The notes: generated from the letters alone by a model not told the origin. Positions 1 through 11,394 are shown, counted from the first letter of the stretch. The stretch: DNA of 64,000 bases from an uncultured delta proteobacterium (GCA_963792965.1 CAWBYW010000009.1:224001-288000); one strand, 5' to 3'. Numbers and translations are program-made.

Positions 1-68
1 ACAGAACAAAGCGGTCCCCTTTCCTCCCCGTAGCGAGTCCGAGTGAAACCCGGTTTCACCGGCTCTTC

Positions 69-1238
69 TTACTTCGACGGAAGGGGCACCTGCGGCTCCG
101 TCAGGGTGAATTTCCCCTCGGAGATCCAATCCTTGAGGGCCTTCGCTATCTCCTGGGCGCGGAGACGCGAGGAGAGCGGGACCGTCTGGATCTCTTTGCC
201 CTCGAACGTAATCTTGCCGGTCTTCAGTGCGCCGTAGGTCGTATAGCCGAGGATCTGTCCCGTCATCTGCGGGTAGTCGACGCTGTAGTCGACAATTGGG
301 GCCTGGATCTCGGCATCCGAGATCGAGGTGTGGTAAGCTATCTCCTCGTTGAGGATGGGGATCGGGATGCCAAGCCCCACCGCCATCGAGCAGCCGTAAC
401 CCAAAATGCTCACCCCCACAAGATACCGTCCGCTCATCCCCTTGAGGTCTCCCATGACGGCCAGCGTCCCCGACGGCACCGTCGGGACCCCCTTGATCCC
501 CCGGTTGACTTTCGGGTTGTGCTGGGTACCGTGCCAGACGACATAGCCGACCCCGCCCCCCAGGAATATCCGCGTCCCGAGGCCGACGGTCTTGAAAAGC
601 GGGTCGTTCAGCAGCGGCGAGAGCTCCCCCGCGCTGCAATAGTTCGCGTTGCTAACCTTCGGGCCGAGCACTCCCATATAAGTATACAGGGTCTTGTCGC
701 CCTTGTTGACCGCCACGTTGTAGTTCTGGTAGCCGTTGCGCGGGTTCATCAGCATCGCGTACGGGAATTCCTTGAGCCTCATGGCCTTCTTCACACCCTT
801 GTTGGGATAACAATCGGTGCCGTATGACTCAAGCTCCATCTCGACCTTTTTCCCCATCACCAGGTCCTGGATGACATGGCCGCCGCCATACGGGAACTGG
901 CCCGGAAACACCTTGTTGAGGGGATCATCGACCGACGGCTCCGTGACGCCGATATAAAGGTCGACGGCCGCGATTCCGCCGTAGGCCGGGACCCGATTCA
1001 TCAACGCTTTTGAGGCGCGGATGCGCGGCTTGGTGTGGCCGAAGTTGAGGAAGGCTCCCGAAGAGCACATCGGACCGAAGGTGCCGGTGGTGACCACATC
1101 GACACGACGCGCCGCCCCCACCTCACCCTCTTTTTTCACGATATCAACCATCTGTTCGGCGGTGACCACCACCACTTTGCCTGACTTGATCTTCTCATTG
1201 ATCTCCGCGATGGTCTTGACGACCGACAAATTCCCCAT
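69..1238 (-). CDS. Homocysteine biosynthesis protein (DUF39, L-aspartate semialdehyde sulfurtransferase family)
   Basis: 389 aa ORF with family motifs VDVVTTGTFGPMCSSG, YGGGHVI, NPRNGYQNY, GELSPLLNDP, GTRIFLGG. Confidence 0.88.
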   Translation of the reverse strand: MGNLSVVKTIAEINEKIKSGKVVVVTAEQMVDIVKKEGEVGAARRVDVVTTGTFGPMCSSGAFLNFGHTKPRIRASKALMNRVPAYGGIAAVDLYIGVTEPSVDDPLNKVFPGQFPYGGGHVIQDLVMGKKVEMELESYGTDCYPNKGVKKAMRLKEFPYAMLMNPRNGYQNYNVAVNKGDKTLYTYMGVLGPKVSNANYCSAGELSPLLNDPLFKTVGLGTRIFLGGGVGYVVWHGTQHNPKVNRGIKGVPTVPSGTLAVMGDLKGMSGRYLVGVSILGYGCSMAVGLGIPIPILNEEIAYHTSISDAEIQAPIVDYSVDYPQMTGQILGYTTYGALKTGKITFEGKEIQTVPLSSRLRAQEIAKALKDWISEGKFTLTEPQVPLPSK

Positions 1239-1375
1239 AGCTTATTATCCTTTGCGACTGTACGATGCCCGCGGAGCGCCTCTGCGGACGATTTATAGAA
1301 AGCGATAGAAGAGCCTCGGTCACCTTCACTTGTTTCCGACACCCTCCCTTCCGGGGAGGCCGTCGGCCCGGGTCC

Positions 1376-1858
1376 CTATTTACAGATCGAGAAGGGGATC
1401 TGTATCGGCATCAGCTTTTCTTTGCCGAGAAAGATGCCCCTCTCGACGGCCCGGCTGTCGATCTTCAGGTTGAAGACAACGCACGGGCTATCCCCGCGAT
1501 CCGTGAAATCAAACCCGACGAGATCTTTCTTGGTCTGATACGAAAAGGTAATCGTGTGACCGTCAAGCAGCGTAATGTCCTCATCCCGCATCCCGCTGTC
1601 GACCGGCCGTACCTCCTCGATGATCCCATTAATGACCCGGATATCCCCGGAAAACGACCTCGCCTGCCCGCCCGATACCGTAACGACATGCCATCCGGCC
1701 CGGTCCTGCCAGAGGTAGTACCCCGCGTCCCGAAGATTGATCAGGGGCTTCCCGAGCTGGTCCTCCTGAGCGAGTGCCGCCACCGACAACAGCATCACGG
1801 CCGCCGGCAGAAGAAGCGACAAGATAAGTATTCGAACGGTGCGCGTGAAGCGGGGCAC
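1376..1858 (-). CDS. Hypothetical secreted protein
   Basis: Hydrophobic signal peptide ending AALA followed by a beta-rich domain; start placed at in-frame GTG 1858 (ORF open from 1906). Confidence 0.65.
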   Translation of the reverse strand: MPRFTRTVRILILSLLLPAAVMLLSVAALAQEDQLGKPLINLRDAGYYLWQDRAGWHVVTVSGGQARSFSGDIRVINGIIEEVRPVDSGMRDEDITLLDGHTITFSYQTKKDLVGFDFTDRGDSPCVVFNLKIDSRAVERGIFLGKEKLMPIQIPFSICK

Positions 1859-1892
1859 GGAGGCGTTCGTAGCTTCCTCCGTGCGCAGCGCG

Positions 1893-3450
1893 CTATGTGC
1901 TCTCATACCCGGTGATCTCGATCACGCGCTTATAGAGAGGAGCCAGGGCTTCATACGTCTTCAGGTAGACGTCTTTATAAAGGGCGTCGTAGATTTCATG
2001 GTCCTTCTCGTTTGGACGAAACTCCCGGCCCGTCTTCGTCATTGCGGCAACCGCCTCTTCGAAGTTCTTGAACAGCCCGGTCCCGACGGCGGCGTCGATG
2101 GCGGCCCCCTTAGCGCAGTTCTCGTGTGTATTCATCCGCTTGGCCGGGAGGTTGAAGACGTCAGAGGCGATCTGGACGGCCATATCGCTGCGTGAGCCGC
2201 CGCCGCCGACCCTGAGCTCTTTGAGCGGCACCCCCGTCTTCTTCTGCGCGAGCTCGCCGAGGCGTCTCAGCTCGTAGGCCATCCCCTCGAGGATTGCCCG
2301 ATAGATATGCGCATGAGTGTGGGCGCTCCCGAAACCGATAATGGAGCCCTTGGAGAACTTCAGAGACGGCAGTGGCGTCCAGTACGGCTGCAGCATCAGG
2401 CCGAGGCACCCCGGGGGGATGTCCCGGATGACTTCGTCGAGGACGACCTCGGGGGCGACCTTGCGCTCCTTGGCGATCATGGCCTCGCGCTGTCCCATTT
2501 CCTGCGTGAACCACCTCACCATCCAGAAACCGCGGTAGATGAAGCACTCGATGTTCCAGGCATAGGGGAGCGCCGAACACCAGGTAAAGAAGCGTGAGTT
2601 TCGATCCTCTATATACTTTCGGGTGACGATCTCCATTGCCGTGGCCGTTCCGAAAGAGATGACCCCGATATCCGGGGTGATGGCGCCCGCCCCGAGCGAC
2701 TCGGACTGCTTGTCCCCACCCCCGACGATGATCGGCAGCCCCTCGGGGAGGCCCGTCTCCTTGGCCGCGGCCTTCGTCACGGTTCCAAGGATCTCATCAG
2801 GCTGCCCGATCTCGGGGAGCATATCCGGTCTCACGCTGAAAAGCTCCATGACACCGCCGATCTTGAACCAGTCGAACTTCTTGTGTTCGAGCGGGTAATA
2901 GCCGACGTAGAGTGCACACGAGTCCTTGAACTCGCCGGTCAGCTTCTTGACGAAAAGGGTAGTCACCTGACAGAACTTGTAGGTCTTTTTATAGATGTCG
3001 GGCTCATAGGTGTAAAGCCAGGTGAAACGGGAGTTCTTCTGGACGAATTTGATGAGCTCGTGCTTGCCGATGAGGCCGAACAGGAGCTTTACCTTGAGGC
3101 TCACCGGAGGGGGGTTCTTCGGTGGATCGCTGATCGAGCCAGATGATGCTGTTTCTCAGCGGCGTCCCGTTCTTATCCGTCGGGATGATCGCCGAGCGCT
3201 GCGCGGTAATCCCGAGGGCCGCAAGCTTTTTCGGGTCGAACTTCTTGCTGGCCATCACCTCGCCGACGACTTTGCAGAACTTCTTCCAGTAGTCGTCCGG
3301 GTTCTGCTCGGCCCACCCGGGTCTGAGAGAGAAATAGGGATCGTGGGGAGCCTGGGCGACGACGAGCTCGTTCCCCTGCAGGTCATAGACGATCGCCCGT
3401 ACGCTTTGGGTGCCGCTGTCCACCGCCATCACGAATTCTTTTTCCATCAT
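1893..3450 (-). CDS. FGGY-family carbohydrate kinase (frameshift at G6 run 3109-3114)
   Basis: N-part VMAVDSGTQSVRA...WLDQR (3004..3450) joins C-part GGGDKQ, RAILEG, GGGGSRSD (1893..3104); one extra base in a homopolymer. Confidence 0.85.
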
Positions 3451-3482
3451 GATACCTACGAATATTTATTTAATAGTTCGAT

Positions 3483-4904
3483 TTATCCACCCGGCTTCCA
3501 TGTCGGATCGTATTCCCGGTAAAACTCGAAGAAGCGCTCTCGGTGCTCCTCGGCCTTGGTGATGAGGTCTTTTTCGGTAATGATTCGGCGCGCGACCATT
3601 ATCTGCTCGATTTTCAGCATCGCCTGCTCGTAGGGAGGGCAGCCGGGCAGGAACGTGTCGTGGCCCGAAAGCGCGATCCGGTTTCTGACCTCCCGCACGC
3701 CTCCGGCACACCCGAGCGCGCAATCGCCGAGGAGAAAGGTGTTCTCACTGTCCCATACTCTGCCGTCGGGAATCTTCGGGTCCACCCCGACGATGAGGCT
3801 CGTTCTCTTCGGGAACTTGTTGAGGGATCCAAGCACCAGCGCCGCCATCAGCCAGCAGGTCGGGCAGGCCCCTCCGATGAAGACATCGACGTTAGGATAG
3901 ACGCCCGTCACCAGCGTATCGATCGGCTGGGTATAGTTGATGGGGAGGATGAACTTCTTCTTCACCTTTTCGATCGGTTCCCCCACTACCGAGATCAGGT
4001 GGGGGAAGGCCGTCCCAAGCCCGTCATGGGCGCCGATCCTTGTCGTCCCGACGACGGTCGGCACTTCGATGCCCATCACTCGGGAGGCGACGGAGTCCAC
4101 CGCGACCGGATCCGCTCCCGCAAGAATGACACCGAGAGGCACGGGGCTTCCACCCTCTCCCGCTCCCATTCCCTCCATGCCGATAAGTCCGTCGACCACG
4201 GTGAGGTCGGGCTTCCGTGCCTTCATGATGTCGACCATGTGCTGGTCCAGATCGTCCCGGTGCCCCAGGTAACGGTCTGCCTCGGTTAAGAGCCCCTGGA
4301 GATTCTTGATACCGAGCGTCACCATGGTCATCGTATGGGTCTTGAGGGCGGGGAGATTGATAAAGACGTCGGCGTCCAGCACCGCCTTGGGATAATCAAG
4401 AAATGAAAGGACCTTTCCTCCGGGGACGGGAACCCTCACGCGCTCGTCTTCCTCGACCCCGAGCACTTCGCCGCCGGCCTCTTCGACGGCCTTTTTCACT
4501 CCGAGGAGCTCCATGACCTCTGCCGTCCTCATCCCCCGGGCCATCTTTCCCGAGGTGGCGGTGGCCAAAAGGTTAAGGCGCTTCATGAGGCTGCCGACGC
4601 TTACCCCTTCGACGACGACGACCCTTTTTGCCCCGGCGTCTCGCGAAAGACCGACAAGGGCGGCGATGGTTCGGCGATCCACCGATATTGGTGGGGGATA
4701 GGGGGCAAAAAGGTTAGGCTTGATAACGACCGTCTGTCCCCGTTTGACGAATCGTCCGATCCCACCTATGAGGTCAACGGACTTCCTAACCATCCCGGTG
4801 ATATCGCTCTGGGTCACCGGGAGGTCAGATCTTGTAATGGATACGGTTGGTTTATCGGTCACGGATCTGAGACTCCCCGGCGGTGCCGTTTTATGGCATA
4901 TCAT
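3483..4904 (-). CDS. DUF362 domain Fe-S protein
   Basis: VVIKPNL, INLPALKTH, TLGIKNLQG, VDGLIGMEG, DPVAVD motifs; C-terminal GACPTC / GDCA / PGCPP; true start may be slightly downstream. Confidence 0.8.
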   Translation of the reverse strand: MICHKTAPPGSLRSVTDKPTVSITRSDLPVTQSDITGMVRKSVDLIGGIGRFVKRGQTVVIKPNLFAPYPPPISVDRRTIAALVGLSRDAGAKRVVVVEGVSVGSLMKRLNLLATATSGKMARGMRTAEVMELLGVKKAVEEAGGEVLGVEEDERVRVPVPGGKVLSFLDYPKAVLDADVFINLPALKTHTMTMVTLGIKNLQGLLTEADRYLGHRDDLDQHMVDIMKARKPDLTVVDGLIGMEGMGAGEGGSPVPLGVILAGADPVAVDSVASRVMGIEVPTVVGTTRIGAHDGLGTAFPHLISVVGEPIEKVKKKFILPINYTQPIDTLVTGVYPNVDVFIGGACPTCWLMAALVLGSLNKFPKRTSLIVGVDPKIPDGRVWDSENTFLLGDCALGCAGGVREVRNRIALSGHDTFLPGCPPYEQAMLKIEQIMVARRIITEKDLITKAEEHRERFFEFYREYDPTWKPGG

Positions 4905-5066
4905 ATGCCGGCACCGTCAAAACGATGAGAAATCGCGCTTGTCTTTCTACTATATCATAGTGGGAAGCGATTCTCAATCACGTTTCTGAAAAAAGGGTCA
5001 TGTCCGGACACGGGGCCTCTGTCGGGTCGGGCGGGTCGCGTTGAGCGACCCCGAGGGCGCTCCCAT

Positions 5067-5093
5067 AAAAAAAGGCCGTGTCAACCGGCCTTC
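5067..5093 (-). terminator. Rho-independent terminator after tRNA-Leu
   Basis: On - strand AAGGCCG-loop-CGGCCTT followed by a T-run. Confidence 0.7.
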
Positions 5094-5103
5094 TCTTCAC
5101 GTA

Positions 5104-5190
5104 TGGTGCCGAAGGCGGGACTCGAACCCGCACAGGCGTTAACCCACCACCCCCTCAAGATGGCGTGTCTACCAGTTCCACCACTTCGGC
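5104..5190 (-). tRNA. tRNA-Leu (GAG)
   Basis: 87 nt cloverleaf GCCGAAG...CTTCGGC-ACCA, long variable arm, anticodon loop TTGAGGG, TTCGA T-loop; TTGACA-N17-TAGTAT promoter just upstream. Confidence 0.96.
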
Positions 5191-5237
5191 TCTTCTTTCG
5201 TCATACTATCCAAAGACGGAAAGTCTGTCAAGGAGAT

Positions 5238-5561
5238 TTATTTATTTTCACCGGTTGGGATTTTAGGAACTTCCGGCAGCTTTTCCTCAACGCCCGGCTT
5301 GCTCGGGAGACTCTTCATCAATGACGACGAGCCTATCGAGGTCGTGAAGTAGGCAAGCCCGAGGCTCGTGAGCATGAAGATAATCGCCGCCGCCGTTGTC
5401 AGCTTGTTTAAAAAGGTCGCCGGTCCCGCGCTCCCGAACAACGTCTGGCTCGCCCCACCGAAGGCCGCGCCCATATCCTGGCCCTTCCCGGTCTGAAGGA
5501 GCACGATGAGGATCAGCGCAAAGCAGACGATAACATGAACGATTATGATAGCGGCTGTCAT
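5238..5561 (-). CDS. secG: Preprotein translocase subunit SecG
   Basis: IVLLQTGKGQDMGAAFGG motif, two TM helices, tpiA-secG-tRNA-Leu synteny. Confidence 0.95.
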   Translation of the reverse strand: MTAAIIIVHVIVCFALILIVLLQTGKGQDMGAAFGGASQTLFGSAGPATFLNKLTTAAAIIFMLTSLGLAYFTTSIGSSSLMKSLPSKPGVEEKLPEVPKIPTGENK

Positions 5562-5667
5562 GGAATCCTTCCTTTCTTCTCTAGTGCTTCACTCTACCTT
5601 ACTCAGAGATATCTCTCGTTTCGCCGTCGGTGTCTCGCGGCACTGTGACGGCGTTGTCCCGTCTCCC

Positions 5668-6413
<746 letters not shown>

Positions 6414-6424
<11 letters not shown>

Positions 6425-7620
6425 TTGTGCCCGCCTTTTTCTCCAGCGCCTCAACGCCCGGAAGCGTTTTACCCTCCAACAGCTCGATGAACGCTCCGCC
6501 GCCCGTGGAGATATAGGAGATCTTCCCCGAGAGGTCGCCCGCCTTCTTCAGCGCCGTATCGGTATCGCCTCCCCCGACGATCGTAAGCGCGCCCGAGTTG
6601 GCGACGTCTGCCGCCACCGAAAAGGTCCCCTTGGAAAAGGGCGCCATCTCAAAGACGCCCATCGGGCCGTTCCAGATGATCGTCTTTGCGTCTTGCAGCG
6701 CCTCTTTGAAGAGCTGAGCCGTCGCCGGGCCGATATCCATCGCCATCCAGTGAGCCGGGTACCTCTTGCACCGCCACGGTCTTCACGGCTGCCTGGGCGT
6801 CAAATTTATCGGCGACGACGAGGTCAACCGGGAGAAGGAGCTCCACCTTCTTTTCGCGGGCCTTATCGGCAAGCTTACGGGCATGATCGGTCCAGTCGGG
6901 CTCGATCTTTGAGTCTCCCATGTCAAAGCCGAGGGCGGACAGAAACGTAGAGGCCATGGCGCCGCCGATAATGAGCTTGTCGACCTTCGTGAGGAGATTC
7001 TCGATGGCGCCGATCTTGTCGGAGACTTTTGCACCGCCGAGGATTGCCACCACGGGGTGGGCGGGGTTGGTGACCGCCTTATCGAAGTAGGTGATCTCTT
7101 TTTTCATCAGGAAGCCGCCCACGCAGATATCGAAGAACTCCGTGACGGCGTGCACCGAGGTATGCGCCCGGTGAGAGACGGCAAAGGCGTCGTTCACATA
7201 GATATCGGCGAGTTTCGCGAGCGCCTTCGCAAACCCTACGTCGTCGGTCGTCTCCTCGGGGTGAAACCTCAGGTTCTCTAACAGCAGCACGTCTCCCGGC
7301 TTCATCTCGCGCGCGAGTTTCTCCGTATCAGGACCGATACAGTCGGGCGCCATGACGACGCTTCTTTTCAAGAGCTCGGAGAGCCGCACCGCTACGGGTT
7401 TCAGGCTCATGGACTCGACGACCTTCCCTTTCGGGCGTCCAAGGTGAGACATAAGGATGACTTTCGCCCCCTTTTCGAGGGCATACTCGATGGTCGGCAG
7501 CACGCCCCTGATCCTCGCGTCGTTGGTGATCTTTCCCTGATCGTCCTGCGGGACGTTGAAATCCGCACGGATCAGGAGGGCCTTCCCCTTGATCTCGATC
7601 TCATCGATATATCTGATCAT
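6414..7620 (-). CDS. pgk: Phosphoglycerate kinase (frameshift ~6755)
   Basis: [29 protein letters not shown], then [19 protein letters not shown] in the second frame. Confidence 0.95.
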
Positions 7621-7636
7621 CGTTTTACTCTCCCGA

Positions 7637-8656
7637 TTAGAGACGTGCGCCGACGTACGCGGCAAGGTCGACCAGACGCTCGGTGTAGCCGGACTCATTG
7701 TCGTACCATGCGATGACCTTGGCCATCTTTCCCTCGACAACAATGGTCAGCGGCGCGTCGAAAATAGCGGAGTAGGGCGACGACTGAAAATCAATCGAGA
7801 CAAGCTCCTCCTCCATATACTGGATAATACCTTTGAGCTTCCCGTTTGCCGCTTCTTTAACGGCCGCATTGATGGTTTCGGGGGTCACTGTTTTCTTCAG
7901 GTCGGCAACGAAGTCCACAAGCGATACGTTTGGGGTGGGGACGCGGATCGCAAACCCGTCGAGCTTTCCCTTCAGCTCCGGGATGACCTGGGTCACCGCG
8001 ACCGCGGCTCCGGTGGTCGTCGGCACCATGGAGAGCGCCGCGGCGCGCGCCCGCCTCAGGTCCTTATGAGAGCCGTCCAGGAGCCTCTGATCCATCGTAT
8101 AGGAGTGGACGGTAGTCATCAGGCCCCTCTCGATCCCGAAGCTATCATTAAGCACCTTGACGACGGGGGCAAGGCAGTTGGTCGTGCAGGATGCGTTGGA
8201 AATAATGTTATGGGTCTTCGGATCATACGTGTCCTCGTTAACACCCAAAACGATCGTGGCATCCACGCCCTTTCCCGGGGCGGCCAGGATTACCTTCTTC
8301 GCGCCGCCCTCGAGGTGGCCCGTCATTTCACCTTTTTTACGGAATTTGCCGGTGCACTCCAGCACGATATCGACCCCTTCCTGTCCCCAGGTGATGCACT
8401 TGAGGTCATTGGTCTCACGGCAAATGAAGACTTTCTTTCCGTTGACAATTATCGAGTCGTCGTCATAAGTCACGTCCGCGTTATATATGCCATGGATCGA
8501 ATCGTACTTGAACAGGTGAGCCAGGACCTTCGATTCCGCACGACTGTTGATGGACACAATGTCCATGTCTTTGCGTTTGAGAATGCTGCGGAGCGCGTAT
8601 CTTCCAACCCGGCCGAATCCGTTAATACCAACTCTTACGGTCATTTCCATCTCCAT
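7637..8656 (-). CDS. gap: Glyceraldehyde-3-phosphate dehydrogenase type I
   Basis: GINGFGRVGR, ISNASCTTNCLAP, RVPTPNVS, WYDNE. Confidence 0.97.
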   Translation of the reverse strand: MEMEMTVRVGINGFGRVGRYALRSILKRKDMDIVSINSRAESKVLAHLFKYDSIHGIYNADVTYDDDSIIVNGKKVFICRETNDLKCITWGQEGVDIVLECTGKFRKKGEMTGHLEGGAKKVILAAPGKGVDATIVLGVNEDTYDPKTHNIISNASCTTNCLAPVVKVLNDSFGIERGLMTTVHSYTMDQRLLDGSHKDLRRARAAALSMVPTTTGAAVAVTQVIPELKGKLDGFAIRVPTPNVSLVDFVADLKKTVTPETINAAVKEAANGKLKGIIQYMEEELVSIDFQSSPYSAIFDAPLTIVVEGKMAKVIAWYDNESGYTERLVDLAAYVGARL

Positions 8657-8827
8657 TCAAGATTTGAATAATCGTGTAACAGCTTTCTTATATACCAAGA
8701 CACGGGATTCGTCAAGGAGATTTCCGGCCTTGTGCGCGAACAGGGCGGTCTTCGGAAGTTTATATTAAAAAACGCCCGTTAGGCGATATATTTGTATCGG
8801 CGACGAATAGTGGGAAAGTGATCGGTC

Positions 8828-9040
8828 TTATCCCTTTTCTCCATTCTCCTCGGAGATTTCCTCATGGACAAAAGAGATGAGTTTACCCGAAAAATCGAGG
8901 ATTTGGCCGAGATCATAGCCCGAAGTCTTCAGCTCTTTGAACATGGTTTTGGCAAGGAGATCCATACCCTTATGGCCGTTGCTCTTGTGCCGGCCGTTTC
9001 CATTTCCGTTCCCGCTTATCTTCTTCGTAAGTGCCGTCAT
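8828..9040 (-). CDS. Small hypothetical protein (70 aa)
   Basis: GAGGA SD before ATG; amphipathic helical core LAKTMFKELKTSGY...ILDFSGKLISFV; fills the gap between cobB and gap. Confidence 0.65.
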   Translation of the reverse strand: MTALTKKISGNGNGNGRHKSNGHKGMDLLAKTMFKELKTSGYDLGQILDFSGKLISFVHEEISEENGEKG

Positions 9041-9390
9041 TGGTTCCTCAGTGCGCGTATTCTGTGGCTATCTATCGTAAAAAGCCGTTGTCAATTTGTC
9101 GTCAACCACTATGGGTAGTCTTTTTCATGAGCCCGCCGACCGAGTATTCTATAAGCAAATACCTTGCCAGGTCGTGGACAGTCGCACGGAATAAATACGT
9201 AACGATGTCAAGTAGTTATCTGAGCGACTGCGAGGGAGGTTCGTGAAAACCGGTAAGCTATGTTAGAAATCACACATAATGTGTGTCATATATAACACAC
9301 CTTGCCGGAGAAAGGCGGGTGACCTTTTCGACACACGTGAAGGCCTTACTCCTGGCCTTTACCGCCCACCCCCAAGACCACCAAGCCCCC

Positions 9391-10227
9391 TCACTGGCAC
9401 CTCTTGCCCTTCTCGTTTTCGAGCTTTTTTATCTCTTCGACGATCTCGGGAAGAATCGTCCCCACCATCCCGAGGATGATGTAGTCGGACACCTTTCCCG
9501 TCAGCGGTGTCGGCTCATTATTGATCTCGACTACCACCGCGCCGACGTTCTGTGACGGCTCGGTAACCGCGGTGGAGAAGAAACCCCCGCCCCTCTTCGC
9601 GATGAAGGGGAGCTCGGCGGCGGGATAGACCACGGCGGAGGTCCCCGCCACGATCATCACGTCGGAGAGCCGCGCCTCCGAAATCGACCGGTGAAGGGCT
9701 TGGGGAGGGATCGGCTCTCCGAAGAAGACGGCGTCCGGCTTGAGGATCCCGCCGCACTTTTCACAGCGCGGCGGCAGCTCGCCCGCGTCGATCTTTTTTT
9801 CAATATCGTCCGATGAATATCGAAGGCCGCAGCTGATGCAGCGCCCCCACAGGAGGCTCCCATGAAACTCGATCACATCCTTGCTCCCGGCTTTCTGATG
9901 GAGGTCGTCGACGTTCTGGGTAATGACGCAGCTGAGGTATCCCATCGCCTCAAGCTCAGCCAGGGCGATATGTGCGGGGTTCGGCCTGGCCTGGGCCATA
10001 TCGAGGTCCCCCTCCTGCTTCATCTTGATGCTCATCTCCCAGATCCGCCTCGGGTTGGACATGAAACGCTCGAACATGAACTCCATAGGGTCGTATTTTT
10101 CCCACAGTCCGCCGGGACTTCGGAAATCCGGGATGCCCGACTCCGTGCTGACGCCGGCGCCCGTCAGGGCCACCACGTGCTGCGCGCCGTAGATCTCCCA
10201 TGCCGCCCGTGAAATCAGGTCTTTCAT
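9391..10227 (-). CDS. cobB: NAD-dependent protein deacylase (sirtuin)
   Basis: TGAGVSTESGIPDFR, ITQNVDDLH, HGS, two CxxC zinc motifs, GTSAVVYPAA. Confidence 0.93.
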   Translation of the reverse strand: MKDLISRAAWEIYGAQHVVALTGAGVSTESGIPDFRSPGGLWEKYDPMEFMFERFMSNPRRIWEMSIKMKQEGDLDMAQARPNPAHIALAELEAMGYLSCVITQNVDDLHQKAGSKDVIEFHGSLLWGRCISCGLRYSSDDIEKKIDAGELPPRCEKCGGILKPDAVFFGEPIPPQALHRSISEARLSDVMIVAGTSAVVYPAAELPFIAKRGGGFFSTAVTEPSQNVGAVVVEINNEPTPLTGKVSDYIILGMVGTILPEIVEEIKKLENEKGKRCQ

Positions 10228-10353
10228 CGGTGAGCGCTCCTTCCTGGTTGGATTGGGTGTATGTGAGAAAAACTATCACAACGACGTTCGGATGACAAGC
10301 ATTTTGTCGAGGCGTCCGTGGCCCCTTCTGCCACCGAGAACGCGGCGCTTTCA

Positions 10354-11394
10354 TCAGGCATACTCGCAGGATATGTGGCAACTGGCGCTGTTTACGTCGG
10401 TGTAGACGCCCGAGAGGCACGCCCGGCAAAAATCCGGAGGACGGTGCCGGGCAAACGCGCGGCGGAGCCCCCGATATCCCGCGCCATTCCAGATATCACG
10501 GAAGTTATGCTCCGAGATCGTGCCGAGGAATAGGAGAGGAAAGCAGCAGGGCCTCACGTTTCCGTCGTAGCCGATATAGGAAAAATCATAGGGGCGAAGG
10601 CACGTCTCTTGGGGTGTCGGAGCACTCACGACGGCGTCGTTGGAAAACGGGGCGGGGAGCCGAACCTCGATGCCGAGGGCTCGTGCCCTCCTTTCTACCG
10701 CTTCGATGGCGGCGCGCGCCCGTCCCTGGTCGAAGAAGAGGCTCCGTTTCACGAGATCTTTCTTGTACGCCATCAGGTAGTTGATCTCGACGGCCTCGGC
10801 GCCGCATTCCGCCGCCAGATCCACGAGCTTCGGGAGGTCGCTGGCGTTGTCTGCCATCGCCACCGCGGCGATCGCCACGCGGGGCAGCCTCTTTCCGTTC
10901 TTGTTTCGCTCGGCGATGAACCCTCGTACGTTCGAGATAACGCGGTCAAAAGACGCCCCCCTTCGGATCGCCTCGAAACCTTCCCTATTGGGGGAATCGA
11001 TAGACACGGTGAACTCGGTGATCCCGCCCGACAGGACGGCCTGAGCCCGTTTTCCGGACAGGAGCGTCCCGTTGGTATAGAAAGACTTCTCGCACGAAAC
11101 GGGGGCCACGATGTCCATGATCTCGGCAAACCGGAGGTGGGCCAGCGGCTCCCCGTAGCCGTGGAGAATGAGCTTCTTGAGATAGGGAAACACGGGCGTG
11201 AGGGATTTAAAGAGCTTGACCGGAAGGCTCCCCGGCCCGTAGGGAAACTCGGCGCGCGCGCAGATGGAGCAGGCAAGGTTGCAGTCGGACGTGATCTCCA
11301 CCTGCATGATCGTGGGCAGCGAGACGAGCGTTTCTCGTTTCAGTTTTTGCTCCAGGACGTTGAGCAGGGAGTTCGCGGAGGATTTTACGTTCAT
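10354..11394 (-). CDS. Radical SAM / SPASM domain protein
   Basis: CNLACSIC CxxxCxxC motif, GYGEP, TNGTLL, C-terminal CLRPY...PCC...CRAC; start set at ATG 11394 to avoid overlap with marC. Confidence 0.88.
   Translation of the reverse strand: MNVKSSANSLLNVLEQKLKRETLVSLPTIMQVEITSDCNLACSICARAEFPYGPGSLPVKLFKSLTPVFPYLKKLILHGYGEPLAHLRFAEIMDIVAPVSCEKSFYTNGTLLSGKRAQAVLSGGITEFTVSIDSPNREGFEAIRRGASFDRVISNVRGFIAERNKNGKRLPRVAIAAVAMADNASDLPKLVDLAAECGAEAVEINYLMAYKKDLVKRSLFFDQGRARAAIEAVERRARALGIEVRLPAPFSNDAVVSAPTPQETCLRPYDFSYIGYDGNVRPCCFPLLFLGTISEHNFRDIWNGAGYRGLRRAFARHRPPDFCRACLSGVYTDVNSASCHISCEYA

Noticed and set aside
1239-1375. SAM riboswitch upstream of the homocysteine biosynthesis gene
   Set aside because: One hairpin is present but no SAM-I/II/III consensus elements are recognisable.
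4905-5190. tRNA genes as integration sites for islands (also 24975 and 63208)
   Set aside because: No integrase and no duplicated tRNA 3' end seen in the window.
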